The notes: generated by a model not told the origin, from the letters alone. A stretch of 64,000 nt of DNA from Alphaproteobacteria bacterium (GCA_965232515.1 CBDDPY010000002.1:2555528-2619527); one strand, 5' to 3'. Positions 55,188 to 64,000 are shown, counted from the first letter of the stretch. Translations and numbers: made by a program.

Positions 55188-56564
55188 ATGCGCGGCGCCT
55201 TTCGCCTCAATGGCCATCGGGCCATCAAATCCTGCCGCTTGACCATGGCTGCCGCAGCTTCCGTCGGCATCTGGCTGTCGACGACGGTCATGGCGCAGAA
55301 CACCTATACCGTCGGCGCCGGCGGGCGGCCTAGTGTCGAAATCGATCTCGGCGTCGTCGACGCACCGGCCGGCCAGCGGCCAATCACGGTCGCGCCGGGT
55401 CTGGCGCCCATCGGGTCGCTGCCGCAGCAGCAGTTGCTGTATCCGAATGAGCGGAGCGCCGGTCGGATCACCCTGACGCCGCCAGGCAGCCGCAACGCCC
55501 CGACCTTGCGTCGGCCGCCGCAACGCAGCGCGCCAGCCATGGCCGCGGTGCCGCGGACGCCGGTGTTGTCCGCGCCGATCCCGGCATCGAAGCCGCAGGC
55601 GGTTGCGGCGGCGCCGGCCCCGACGCCACCGCCCGCCCTCAGAGCCCCGGCGCCGGTTCGCACCGCGGCGCCAGCGGCAGCCGCCCCTTCGGCGCCGCCG
55701 CCACGGGCTGACGCGGACACGACCGCCGCATTGAGATCGACCGCCCCACGCATCGACACCACCCGGCAGTCGCCGCCGCCATCGGCGCCGAAAGTGGCCT
55801 CGAAGGCGCCGGTCGCGCCGTCGCCGACCGCCGCTTTTCCGCCGCCGCCCGCGCCGTTGAGCAAACCACCGGCGACGTCGGCGAGACCGCTGCCTGCCGC
55901 GCCGCAACCGAAACCGCCACCGGCGGCCGAAGCAGCGCCACCGACACAGATCGCCGCGGCGCCGCCACCGGCAGCGGCGCTTCCGCGGCCGCCGGCGACG
56001 TCGGCTGCACCGTCAACGACGACGCCGGTTGTCGCCGCACCGCCACCTCCACCACCGCCGCCCCTGCCGGCCGTCAGCACGTCGAGTCCCGCGCCGGCCA
56101 ATCAGGACGACGTCCCCAGCGTGCCCAGGGGCCAGGTCACGGCCGCGCCGCTGACGGCCGCCGAACCCGCACCGACGGCGGCGACGGCGCCCACTCCGGC
56201 CAGGGACAGCACCCCGACCGAGGCCACGCGGATGGTCGCGCTGCCGCCGGCCGGCGGCGATATCCTGCAAGTCGAGTTCGCGCAGGGAAGCTCGGCATTG
56301 TCCCGCGACATCGAATCGAAGCTGGGCGCGCTCGCGGCGCAGCTGAAGGCCACCGACGCCCGGCTGCAACTCAAGGCCTTCGCCAGCACGAACGGCGACA
56401 ACATCAGCCGGGCCCGTCGCCTGTCGCTGTCGCGGGCGCTCGCCGTGCGGTCGTTCCTGATCGAGCAAGGTCTGCGCAGCACCCGGATCGATGTCCGCGC
56501 CCTGGGCATCGCCCGTGACGGCGGCGCGAGCGACCGCGTCGACGTCGTGCTGCTGTCCCCCTAG
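55188..56564 (+). CDS. Pro/Ala-rich envelope protein with C-terminal OmpA/MotB-like peptidoglycan-binding domain
   Basis: Long signal peptide ending TTVMAQ. ~230-aa PAPT-type low-complexity tract. C-terminal OmpA-like region ARRLSLSRALAVRSFLIEQGLRSTRIDVRALG...DRVDVVLLSP. The start is ambiguous (55188 or 55245). Confidence 0.6.
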   Translation: MRGAFRLNGHRAIKSCRLTMAAAASVGIWLSTTVMAQNTYTVGAGGRPSVEIDLGVVDAPAGQRPITVAPGLAPIGSLPQQQLLYPNERSAGRITLTPPGSRNAPTLRRPPQRSAPAMAAVPRTPVLSAPIPASKPQAVAAAPAPTPPPALRAPAPVRTAAPAAAAPSAPPPRADADTTAALRSTAPRIDTTRQSPPPSAPKVASKAPVAPSPTAAFPPPPAPLSKPPATSARPLPAAPQPKPPPAAEAAPPTQIAAAPPPAAALPRPPATSAAPSTTTPVVAAPPPPPPPPLPAVSTSSPAPANQDDVPSVPRGQVTAAPLTAAEPAPTAATAPTPARDSTPTEATRMVALPPAGGDILQVEFAQGSSALSRDIESKLGALAAQLKATDARLQLKAFASTNGDNISRARRLSLSRALAVRSFLIEQGLRSTRIDVRALGIARDGGASDRVDVVLLSP

Positions 56565-56615
56565 CGGCGGCGGCACCGCAGCACATCTCCGCAAATACAT
56601 TGGCGAGGTGACTCC

Positions 56616-57755
56616 TTGACGAAACCGACCCGCTACCTGACGCGCATGATCATCTTTATCATCGCCGTGGTGGCGGTATCCGGCGTCCTCTTCGGTCCGA
56701 TCGCGCGCGCCTTCCAGGCCAACCCGCCACTCAACGGAATGATCATCGCGGTGCTGCTGTTCGGCGTCGTCTATGCATTCCGGCAGGTCGCAAATCTAAG
56801 GCCGGAGGTCGAATGGATCGAGACCTTCCGCCGCTCGGAACCCGGCCTGTCGATCACCGCCGCGCCGGTTCTGCTGGCGCCCATGGCAACCATGCTGGGC
56901 GAGCGTCAGGGCCGGGTCTCGTTGTCCGCGCTGTCGATGCGCTCACTGCTCGACAGCATCGGCGCGCGCCTCGACGAACGCCGCGACATCGTCCGCTATC
57001 TCACCGGCCTGCTGGTCTTCCTCGGGCTGCTGGGCACGTTCTGGGGCCTGCTGAACACCGTCAACGCGGTCGGTGACACGATCGGCAACCTGTCGCCCGC
57101 GGTTGGCGATTTCGGCACCTTCTTCAGCGAGCTGCAGACCGGCCTGGAGTCGCCGTTAAGCGGCATGGGCATCGCCTTCTCGTCCTCGCTTTTCGGCCTC
57201 TCGGGCAGCCTGGTTCTGGGTTTCCTCGAATTGCAGGCGAGCCAGGCGCAGAACCGCTTCTATCTCGATCTCGAGGAATGGCTGTCGACGCGCACGCGCC
57301 TGTCCAGCGGTTCGAGCCTGGCGGAAGGCGATCAGTCCGTGCCGGTCTATGTGCAGGCGCTCCTCGAACAGACCGCCGACAGCCTGGAAAACCTGCAACG
57401 CACCATCGCGCGGGCCGAGGACAGCCGATCGTCGGGCCAGACGGCCATGCTGACGCTGTCGGAACGCCTCGCCACGCTCACCGACCAGATGCACAGCGAG
57501 CAGGACCTGATGGCCAGGCTGGTCGAGCATCAGATGGAGATGAAGCCCGTGCTGCAGCGCATCGCGCAGGGCGCCGACCAGGCGTCGGCCGGGCTCGACG
57601 ATGCCAGCCGCAATCACCTGCGCAACCTCGATGTCTATGTGATGCGCCTGCTCGAGGAGATGAGCGAGGGCCGCAACCAGACCATCGCCGAGCTGCGCAG
57701 CGAGATCAAACTGCTGGCCCGCACCATCGCCGCGCTCGGCGAAGAACGGCGTTGA
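56616..57755 (+). CDS. MotA/TolQ/ExbB proton-channel family protein with ~170-aa C-terminal coiled-coil tail
   Basis: Four predicted TM helices (IIFIIAVVAVSGVLFG, MIIAVLLFGVVYAF, LTGLLVFLGLLGTFWGLL, GMGIAFSSSLFGLSGSLVLGFL). Family signature LGLLGTFWG...MGIAFSSSLFGL. TTG start preceded by GAGGTG. Confidence 0.7.
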   Translation: MTKPTRYLTRMIIFIIAVVAVSGVLFGPIARAFQANPPLNGMIIAVLLFGVVYAFRQVANLRPEVEWIETFRRSEPGLSITAAPVLLAPMATMLGERQGRVSLSALSMRSLLDSIGARLDERRDIVRYLTGLLVFLGLLGTFWGLLNTVNAVGDTIGNLSPAVGDFGTFFSELQTGLESPLSGMGIAFSSSLFGLSGSLVLGFLELQASQAQNRFYLDLEEWLSTRTRLSSGSSLAEGDQSVPVYVQALLEQTADSLENLQRTIARAEDSRSSGQTAMLTLSERLATLTDQMHSEQDLMARLVEHQMEMKPVLQRIAQGADQASAGLDDASRNHLRNLDVYVMRLLEEMSEGRNQTIAELRSEIKLLARTIAALGEERR

Positions 57756-57782
57756 CGGCGCGGCCGTCATTGGCAGCCGGCC

Positions 57783-59117
57783 ATGCGTCCGCGATCGCGT
57801 AGCGAATCAGCCAGCTACTGGCCGGGTTTCGTCGATGCCCTGACCACGCTGCTGCTGGTCATCATCTTCCTGCTGGTCGTGTTCGTGCTGGCTCAGGTCG
57901 TGCTCAGCAGCGCCATTACCGGCAAGGACGAGGCGCTGGACCGCCTCAATCGGCAGGTCTCGGAACTCGCCGACCTGCTGGCGCTGGAACGGCAGGACAA
58001 CGCCAATCTGCGGCTCGACGTGGCGCAGCTGTCGAGCTCGCTGCAGACAGCCGTCTCCGAACGCGACGAATTGGTGTTGTCGTTGCAGCGCATGACCGAC
58101 CGCGCGGGCGAACTGGAGCGCCGGGCCGAGGCGGCCGAAACGGCGCTCGCCGAGGCCGAGGCGACGGTTACCGCCAGCAAGGAGACGCTTGAGCTGCGCT
58201 TGCGCGAGATGGCGAGCCTGCGTCGCGACATCGCCGCGTTACGCGAGCTTCGCTCGGATCTCGAGAGCCGCATCGGACAGCTCACCGGCAATCTCGAGGA
58301 GAGCCGCACCGAGGTTGGCTCGCTCCGAGACCGCACCAAGGAGCTCGAGGCGCAACTGGCCGACGCCGAGGAGCGGACGCTGCTGGCGCAGAAGGAAATC
58401 GCCGACCGCGACGTGCGCCTGTCCGAGTTGCTGGACCTCTATCAGCGCCTGGACGAGGACTATGCCGCCGAGCAGAAGCTGAGCGGCGAACAGCGGGCGC
58501 AGATCGGGCGGCTGAACCAGCAGATCCTGGCCCTGCGGCAGGAGCTGCAGAAGCTCAACGCGGCGCTCGACGCCGCCGAGCTGAAAGACCAGGAAAGCGA
58601 GGCCGTGATCGCCGATCTCGGCAAGCGCCTGAACCGGGCGCTCGCCGGCAAGGTCGAGGAACTGTCGCGCTACCGCTCGGAATTCTTCGGCCGGCTGCGC
58701 GAGGTGCTGGGGAGCCGCCGCGACATTCAGATCGTTGGCGATCGCTTCGTGTTCCAGTCGGAAGTGCTGTTCGACAGCGGCTCGGCCGAGCTGGAACCGG
58801 AAGGCCGGGCGCAACTGGCGCAACTCGCCGAGACGCTGTTGGAGATTTCCCAGCGTATCCCGGGCGAAATCAACTGGATCCTGCGCGTCGACGGCCATAC
58901 CGACAGCCGGCCGATCGCCACCGCCAGGTTCCCATCGAACTGGGAGCTCTCGGCCGCCCGGGCCATCTCGGTGACGAAATTCCTGGTTGATCAGGGCGTG
59001 CCGTCGGAACGCCTGGCCGCGACCGGTTTCGCGGCCTTCCAGCCGCTCGACGACCGCTACGACGAAATCGCCTACCGCCGCAACCGGCGCATCGAATTGA
59101 AGCTAACGCAACGTTAG
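57783..59117 (+). CDS. MotB-like OmpA-family protein with ~270-aa periplasmic coiled coil
   Basis: N-terminal MotB plug/TM SYWPGFVDALTTLLLVIIFLLVVFVL. A long heptad-rich ELE/LRE region follows. C-terminal OmpA domain with FDSGSAEL, NWELSAARA, NRRIELKL. Confidence 0.75.
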   Translation: MRPRSRSESASYWPGFVDALTTLLLVIIFLLVVFVLAQVVLSSAITGKDEALDRLNRQVSELADLLALERQDNANLRLDVAQLSSSLQTAVSERDELVLSLQRMTDRAGELERRAEAAETALAEAEATVTASKETLELRLREMASLRRDIAALRELRSDLESRIGQLTGNLEESRTEVGSLRDRTKELEAQLADAEERTLLAQKEIADRDVRLSELLDLYQRLDEDYAAEQKLSGEQRAQIGRLNQQILALRQELQKLNAALDAAELKDQESEAVIADLGKRLNRALAGKVEELSRYRSEFFGRLREVLGSRRDIQIVGDRFVFQSEVLFDSGSAELEPEGRAQLAQLAETLLEISQRIPGEINWILRVDGHTDSRPIATARFPSNWELSAARAISVTKFLVDQGVPSERLAATGFAAFQPLDDRYDEIAYRRNRRIELKLTQR

Positions 59118-59124
59118 AACGGAG

Positions 59125-60936
59125 TTAGTTGCCCGCGACAATGCGCGGTGTCGGGACCGCCTGGCCGGTCTCGAACTGCAGCGCCGCCAGGTGCGCGTAA
59201 AGCCCGTCGCGCTGGATCAGTTCCGCGTGCGTGCCGGTTTCGACGATGGCGCCCTGATCCATGACCACGATGCGGTCGGCCCGCAGCACCGTTGCCAGCC
59301 GGTGGGCGATGACGACGGTCGTGCGGTCCGCCATCAGCTTTTCCAGCGCCGCCTGCACCATGCGCTCGCTCTCGGCGTCGAGGGCGCTGGTCGCTTCGTC
59401 CAGCAACAGCACGGACGGATTGCGCAGGATCGCCCGCGCGATGGCGATGCGCTGACGCTGGCCGCCCGACAGCCGGACGCCGCGCTCGCCCAGGAACGTC
59501 TCGAACCCGTCCGGCAGCTCGTCGATAAAGGCGGCGGCGTTCGCCGCCACCGCCGCGGCCCTGACCTCGTCGTCGCTCGCCTCGGGCCGGCCGTAGCGGA
59601 TGTTCTCGAAGGCGTTGGCGGCGAAGATCACCGGATCCTGCGGCACCAGGCCCAGCCGGCTGCGCAGCGCCTGCGGCTCGACGGCGGCGATGTCGACATC
59701 GTCCAGCAGGATTTGCCCGGACTGCGGATCGAAGAACCGAAGCAGCAGTTGGAAGATCGTGCTCTTGCCGGCGCCGGATGGCCCGACCAGCGCCACGGTC
59801 TCGCCGGGCGCGATCGTCAGATCGAAGTCGATGACGGCGGCCTGCTCCGGCCGCGAGGGATAGTTGAACCCGACGGCCTCGAAGGTGACGGCCCCGCGCG
59901 CCGGCTCGGGCAGCGGCAACGGTTGCGCCGGCGCTGCGATTTCCGGCTCGATATCGAGCAACTGCATCAACCGCTCGGCGGCCCCGGCCGCGCGCTGCAG
60001 GTCGCCGAACACCTCGGACAGGGCGCCGAGCGCGCCGGCAACGACGATCGCATAGAACACGAAGGCCGCCAGCTCGCCGCCCGACATCACGCCCTCGACC
60101 ACGTCCTTGGCGCCGATCCAGACCACCAGATCGACCGCGCCGAAGACCAGCAGCATGACCATGGCCGTCATCCAGGCCCGTGCCCGGGTGCGCTTAACCG
60201 CGGTGTCGAAGGCCGACGTCGTGACCTCGGCGAACCGCGCCCGGTCGATCGCCTCGTGCACGAAGGCCTGCACGATCTGCACGGCGTTGAGACTTTCGCC
60301 GGCATGACTGCTGATATCGGCCACGCGGTCCTGGCTCGCCCGTGACAATCGCCGGACCTTGCGCCCGAAAATCACGATCGGCAGGATCACGACCGGCAGC
60401 ATCAGGAACACGAGGCCCGTCAGCTTCGGGCTGGAAATCACCAGCAACACCGAGCCGCCGAGAAACAGCAGCAGGTTGCGCATCGCCACCGAGGCGGTCG
60501 AGCCGACCACGGTCTGGATCAGGGTGGTGTCGGCGGTCAGCCGCGACAGCACCTCGCCGGTCCGCGTGGTCTCGAAGAAGGCGGGGCTGAGGCCGATGAC
60601 ATGGTCGTAAACGGCCTTGCGGATGTCGGCGACCACCCGCTCGCCCAGCCATGTCACCAGGTAGAAGCGCATAAACGTGGCGGCGGCAAGCACCGCGACC
60701 ACGCCCAACAATCCGATGAAGTACTGGTCGATCAGATGAGCATCTTCGGCGAAGCCGTGGTCGACCACCCGGCGGATCGCCTGGCCGATGGCCAGCACCG
60801 CGCCGGCGGCGATGATCAGCGCCACCAGGGCGCCCAGCATGACGTGAATGTAGGGCCGCACGAACGGCCCCAGCCGCCGCAGCCCGGTCAGACGCCGATC
60901 GCCCGACGTGTCCTCAACTCCCGACTTGTCGCTCAC
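59125..60936 (-). CDS. ABC transporter ATP-binding/permease protein (MsbA-like type I exporter)
   Basis: Six TM helices in the N-terminal half. Walker [13 protein letters not shown] signature [14 protein letters not shown]. Walker [12 protein letters not shown]. Confidence 0.9.
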   Translation of the reverse strand: MSDKSGVEDTSGDRRLTGLRRLGPFVRPYIHVMLGALVALIIAAGAVLAIGQAIRRVVDHGFAEDAHLIDQYFIGLLGVVAVLAAATFMRFYLVTWLGERVVADIRKAVYDHVIGLSPAFFETTRTGEVLSRLTADTTLIQTVVGSTASVAMRNLLLFLGGSVLLVISSPKLTGLVFLMLPVVILPIVIFGRKVRRLSRASQDRVADISSHAGESLNAVQIVQAFVHEAIDRARFAEVTTSAFDTAVKRTRARAWMTAMVMLLVFGAVDLVVWIGAKDVVEGVMSGGELAAFVFYAIVVAGALGALSEVFGDLQRAAGAAERLMQLLDIEPEIAAPAQPLPLPEPARGAVTFEAVGFNYPSRPEQAAVIDFDLTIAPGETVALVGPSGAGKSTIFQLLLRFFDPQSGQILLDDVDIAAVEPQALRSRLGLVPQDPVIFAANAFENIRYGRPEASDDEVRAAAVAANAAAFIDELPDGFETFLGERGVRLSGGQRQRIAIARAILRNPSVLLLDEATSALDAESERMVQAALEKLMADRTTVVIAHRLATVLRADRIVVMDQGAIVETGTHAELIQRDGLYAHLAALQFETGQAVPTPRIVAGN

Positions 60937-61084
60937 CCGGCTTCCCGTCTCGTCCGTCGCATCCGTCCCGCCAGACCGCCCTTTGGGGGTATAGCAACAG
61001 GTGGGGGCCGGCTCAACGCAAAGGGTTCTTGCTACCGACCCGCCCGTTAGCTATATACGCGCGTCGAGATCCTGGAGTTCCGCG

Positions 61085-61306
61085 ATGAAGAAAGAAATCC
61101 ACCCCGAATACCACGAAATCACCGTGGTCATGACGGACGGTACCGAGTTCAAGACCCGCTCGACCTATGGCAGCGCCGGGGATGTCCTGAAGCTGGATAT
61201 CGATCCCAACACGCATCCGGCCTGGACCGGCGGCCCCCAGCGCGTGCTCGAAACCGGCCGCGTGGCGCGGTTCCGCAACAAGTTCAAGGATTTCAATCTG
61301 GGCTGA
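61085..61306 (+). CDS. rpmE: 50S ribosomal protein L31
   Basis: [27 protein letters not shown]... is a canonical L31. Confidence 0.92.
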   Translation: MKKEIHPEYHEITVVMTDGTEFKTRSTYGSAGDVLKLDIDPNTHPAWTGGPQRVLETGRVARFRNKFKDFNLG

Positions 61307-61324
61307 GCGGCGGCGGCACCCACG

Positions 61325-61744
61325 TCAGGGGCGGCTGTTCCGGGCCACGATCTCGTCCAGGCGCGCGATCCGCGCGTACAGGCCCTCGCTTCGATCCAAA
61401 AGCTCAAGCAGATCCCGCGGCAATCCCGCCGTCGGCAGGGGACCTTCGGCCAGGCAGACGGTCTGGCCGCCCAAGCGCCAATTTTCGGACGCCAGCTCTT
61501 CGGAGGCAATTTCGCCCGCATGGGCCGCCCGCTGCACGATCAGCCAGGCCATCACCTGGGTCAGGCGTGACGTCAGCCGCATGCTCTCGACGCTGTAGGC
61601 GAGGCCACGGTCGACCGGCAGTCCGGAGGCATCCCGCTGCCCCTTGACCGTCAGATAGTCCCGCGCCTCCTGCAGCAGGCGCAGGGCCTCATCAAAGGTT
61701 CGGCCGAAATAGACGGGATCGGCATCGCCGCCCACGGCCGGCAT
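61325..61744 (-). CDS. DUF1465 family protein
   Basis: 139 aa. YFGRTFDEALRLLQEARDYL... Lies next to rpmE, which is a common neighbourhood in Alphaproteobacteria. Confidence 0.6.
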   Translation of the reverse strand: MPAVGGDADPVYFGRTFDEALRLLQEARDYLTVKGQRDASGLPVDRGLAYSVESMRLTSRLTQVMAWLIVQRAAHAGEIASEELASENWRLGGQTVCLAEGPLPTAGLPRDLLELLDRSEGLYARIARLDEIVARNSRP

Positions 61745-61846
61745 CTCGACGTCCCGCAAAACCTGTCCCTCGTCTGCCGACGTGTGCCCGTGAATAGGTC
61801 GGATTATCGGCCGGAATCGTTAAGAAACTGGCCGGTTCGGACCGGT

Positions 61847-61874
61847 CTTGAATCGGCCGCGGACGGCCATATCT
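61847..61874 (+). promoter_or_regulatory. sigma-32 (RpoH)-type heat-shock promoter for the hsp20 pair
   Basis: CTTGAA (61847-61852), a 14-nt spacer, then CCATATCT (61867-61874). This matches the CTTGAA-N13-15-CCCCATnT consensus and sits ~110 nt upstream of the first hsp20 start. Confidence 0.5.
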
Positions 61875-61981
61875 AGAGGTTGTACCGGGTGCCGGATATG
61901 GGCCCGGGAACATCGCCGGCCCGGCCGAAAACGGCGGGCCACTGAAACGCTGGTATTGCTCATGAAGGAGGATATCAAGCC

Positions 61982-62413
61982 ATGCGTCGCTTTGACCTTA
62001 CCCCCCTCTATCGTTCTACGGTTGGTTTCGACCGCTTCAATCGCGTCTTTGATGCGATCGGCGGCCTCGATGCGCCGGCCCAGACCTACCCGCCCTACAA
62101 CATCGAAAAGTCCGGCGAGGATGCCTACCGCATCACCATGGCCGTCGCCGGCTTCCGCGAGGCGGATATCGACGTCACCGTGACCGACAGCACGCTGGTC
62201 ATCACCGGCAAGCAGATCGCCGATCAGGAAGGCGTCGAGTACCTGCACCGCGGCATCGCCGGACGCCCGTTCGAACGCCGGTTCGAGCTGGCCGACAGCA
62301 TCAAGGTCGTCGGTGGGCGGCTGGAGAACGGCCTGCTGCACGTCGATCTCGTCCGCGAGGTGCCGGAGCACAAGCGCCCGCGGCAGATCAAGATCGACGC
62401 CGTTGCGGCCTGA
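61982..62413 (+). CDS. Hsp20/alpha-crystallin family small heat-shock protein (IbpA-like)
   Basis: 143 aa. Alpha-crystallin domain YNIEKSGEDAYRITMAVAGF...LENGLLHVDL. Confidence 0.88.
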   Translation: MRRFDLTPLYRSTVGFDRFNRVFDAIGGLDAPAQTYPPYNIEKSGEDAYRITMAVAGFREADIDVTVTDSTLVITGKQIADQEGVEYLHRGIAGRPFERRFELADSIKVVGGRLENGLLHVDLVREVPEHKRPRQIKIDAVAA

Positions 62414-62510
62414 CGCCTCAACCAACCGTTAACCACAGCAACGTGATGGCCCCGCCGCTCGCGGGACGACAGGACGGGTGCGTCCGCCGGCGGGGCCCAT
62501 CCGGAATTCG

Positions 62511-63002
62511 ATGGAGTTGATCATGGCATCCAATCGCCTCGTTCCCTGGAACCGCCGCTTTCCGGCCTCAAGCCCGCTGTTCGGCGATCTGCAGCAGCAG
62601 ATCAACCGCCTGTTCGACGACGCCTGGGGCGGTGACGTGGCCTCGCCGCAGGCCGAAGGCATCGCGCATCTGACGCCCAGCATCGACGTCAGCGAAACCG
62701 ACGACGCCTATCACATCGACGCCGAACTGCCGGGCGCCGACGAAAAGGACATCGACGTCACGCTGACCGACGGCGTCCTCAGCCTGAAGGGCGAGAAGAA
62801 GGTCGAGTCCGAGCGAAAGGAGAAGAACGCGCTCGTCAAGGAACGCCGCTACGGCAGCTTCTTCCGCTCGTTCCGCCTGCCGCCCGAGGTCGACGTCGAC
62901 GGCATCCAGGCCAAGTTCGAGAAGGGCGTCCTGCACGTCACCGTGCCGAAAAAGCCGGAAGCGAAGCAGGCCACCAAACAGATCGAAATCAAGTCGTCGT
63001 AA
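62511..63002 (+). CDS. Hsp20/alpha-crystallin family small heat-shock protein
   Basis: ACD core DVSETDDAYHIDAELPGADEKDIDVTL...FEKGVLHVTVPK. Alternative start at 62523. Confidence 0.85.
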   Translation: MELIMASNRLVPWNRRFPASSPLFGDLQQQINRLFDDAWGGDVASPQAEGIAHLTPSIDVSETDDAYHIDAELPGADEKDIDVTLTDGVLSLKGEKKVESERKEKNALVKERRYGSFFRSFRLPPEVDVDGIQAKFEKGVLHVTVPKKPEAKQATKQIEIKSS

Positions 63003-63030
63003 CCCGACGTTTAAGCAATCGAAATCGATT

Positions 63031-63066
63031 GTCGCCCGTCCTGCCCGGGGCGGGCGCTTTCGTTTG
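63031..63066 (+). terminator. candidate GC-rich hairpin terminator after the second hsp20 gene
   Basis: CGCCCG-tcctgcccgggg-CGGGCG followed by CTTTCGTTT. Convergent with the hydrolase gene, so possibly bidirectional. Confidence 0.35.
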
Positions 63067-63077
63067 GAGCCGGTCCG

Positions 63078-63866
63078 CTAGAAGAATGCCCGCATGGCGT
63101 CCAGGGTCTCGTCAGGGGCCTCTTCCATCATGATGTGGCCGACGCCTTTCAGCACGGTCACGTCGGCCTGCGTCATCGCGGCGGCCAAACCGCGCGCCAC
63201 CTTGACCGGCGCCATCATGTCTTTTTCGCCCAGCACGAACAGCGCCGGACAGCTGATGGCTTCGGCCGCCGCCTCGCCGTCGTTGTAAGCGTTGCAGGCG
63301 TTCAGGTCGTTGAACAGCACGCCGTCGCCGGCATGTTCCAGCACCCTTAGGCCGCCGCGCATCATCCACAGGCCCGGCACGCGGTGGCCGCCGAACTGGG
63401 CGTTGCGGCCGAAACCCCAGCTGTTCACCAGGTCCATGGCCAGATGCTCGTTCGCCTTCGCCGGCTGCAGCAAGGCGTCGTTCACCCGCATCGGATAGCC
63501 GGCGCCCAAGAGGCAGATCGACATCACCCGGTCGGCATGGCGCGCCGCCGCGTCGAGCGCCACCAGCGCGCCCATGCTGTGGCCGGCAAGCGCCGACTTG
63601 CCGACGCCGGCGGCGTCCAGCAGCCGCATCAACCAATCGGCCATCTCGGGGATCGTTTCCAGCAACGGCCCCTCGGACCGGCCATGGCCCGGCAGGTCGA
63701 CCGCCAGCACGCCATAGCCGTGCCAGGCGAAGTATCGCGTCTGCAGGGTCCAGACCGTGTGATCGAACGAAGCGCCGTGGACAAAGACGATCGTCGGCAG
63801 CGACGGATCGAACGGCTTGCCGCCGGTGGCGGCGAACACCTTGCGGTCGTCGACAGTCAGTTCCAT
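63078..63866 (-). CDS. alpha/beta hydrolase fold protein
   Basis: Nucleophile elbow GHSMGA. The VFVHGASFDHTVW N-terminal motif is a typical abhydrolase_1/6. The ATG abuts the upstream stop. Confidence 0.8.
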   Translation of the reverse strand: MELTVDDRKVFAATGGKPFDPSLPTIVFVHGASFDHTVWTLQTRYFAWHGYGVLAVDLPGHGRSEGPLLETIPEMADWLMRLLDAAGVGKSALAGHSMGALVALDAAARHADRVMSICLLGAGYPMRVNDALLQPAKANEHLAMDLVNSWGFGRNAQFGGHRVPGLWMMRGGLRVLEHAGDGVLFNDLNACNAYNDGEAAAEAISCPALFVLGEKDMMAPVKVARGLAAAMTQADVTVLKGVGHIMMEEAPDETLDAMRAFF

Positions 63867-64000
63867 GACGGCTACCCCTTCTGCGCGGCGCGCAGGCCGC
63901 GCTTCAGATCGTCGACCAGATCGGCCGGATCCTCGAGACCGATCGACAGGCGCACCAACTCCTCGCCGATCCCGGCCGCCTTCAGTGCGTCGGCGTCCAT
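63867..64000 (-). CDS. C-terminal 44 codons of a Cys/Met-metabolism PLP-dependent enzyme (O-acetylhomoserine/O-succinylhomoserine sulfhydrylase-like); the 5' end lies beyond the window
   Basis: The C-terminus ...EELVRLSIGLEDPADLVDDLKRGLRAAQKG is the conserved SIGLED tail of the trans-sulfuration PLP family. Confidence 0.7.

Noticed and set aside
55056-56600. several 100-280-aa minus-strand ORFs (55056-55907, 55304-56101, 56013-56600)
   Set aside because: Antisense to the Pro/Ala-rich OmpA-like gene. They translate as Gly/Arg/Ala repeats because they are the complement of GCN/CCN codons.
56616-59117. Zorya (ZorAB) anti-phage system
   Set aside because: The MotA-like and MotB-like architecture is superficially similar. 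But no ZorC/D/E-type effector gene follows, the long coiled coil is on the MotB-like rather than the MotA-like partner, and the neighbourhood (efp, suhB, rpmE) is housekeeping. It is kept as an unexplained stator-like module, not called a defence system.

Overview
High-GC (about 67-68%) chromosomal window with dense coding, read from translation and synteny. Most of it is conserved housekeeping in an order typical of Alphaproteobacteria, likely a Rhodospirillales-like genome; this taxonomic call is an inference from synteny, not a database match. Housekeeping genes in order: pyc (3' end beyond the window), rluD-rpoH, purA-hisZ, serA-serC, thiD-glmM-folP-ftsH-tilS, cpoB-pal-tolBARQ-ybgC-ruvBAC-yebC, a YmdB-like phosphoesterase and ygfA, a likely 6S RNA, zapA and a DUF4164 gene, tkt-gap-pgk, class-I fba, thiE, efp, suhB, rpmE, and two Hsp20 genes behind a sigma-32-type promoter. 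One tRNA-Glu(CUC) is present. Less-characterised blocks sit among these: (a) an orphan family-5 ABC binding protein with an FAD oxidoreductase and a CHRD/PEP-CTERM protein; (b) a TetR/GST pair, a JAB/MPN protein, a small membrane protein and ltaE; (c) a 19-28 kb patch of small-molecule metabolism genes, namely two class-V aminotransferases bracketing an aldo-keto reductase, a LysR/cupin pair, a PhzF/GNAT pair, DUF1127, a MocR-type regulator and a MetE-core-only methyltransferase; (d) a three-gene envelope module at 55-59 kb, made of a Pro/Ala-rich OmpA-like protein, a MotA/TolQ/ExbB-like channel with a coiled-coil tail, and a MotB/OmpA protein with a long periplasmic coiled coil, which is the most system-like unexplained element. 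No CRISPR arrays, transposases, integrases or prophage genes were seen. Many long ORFs in the supplied track are antisense or frame artefacts of the GC-rich sequence and are rejected below. All coordinates come from manual translation. Gene starts are approximate, usually within 60 nt, and alternative starts are noted where relevant.
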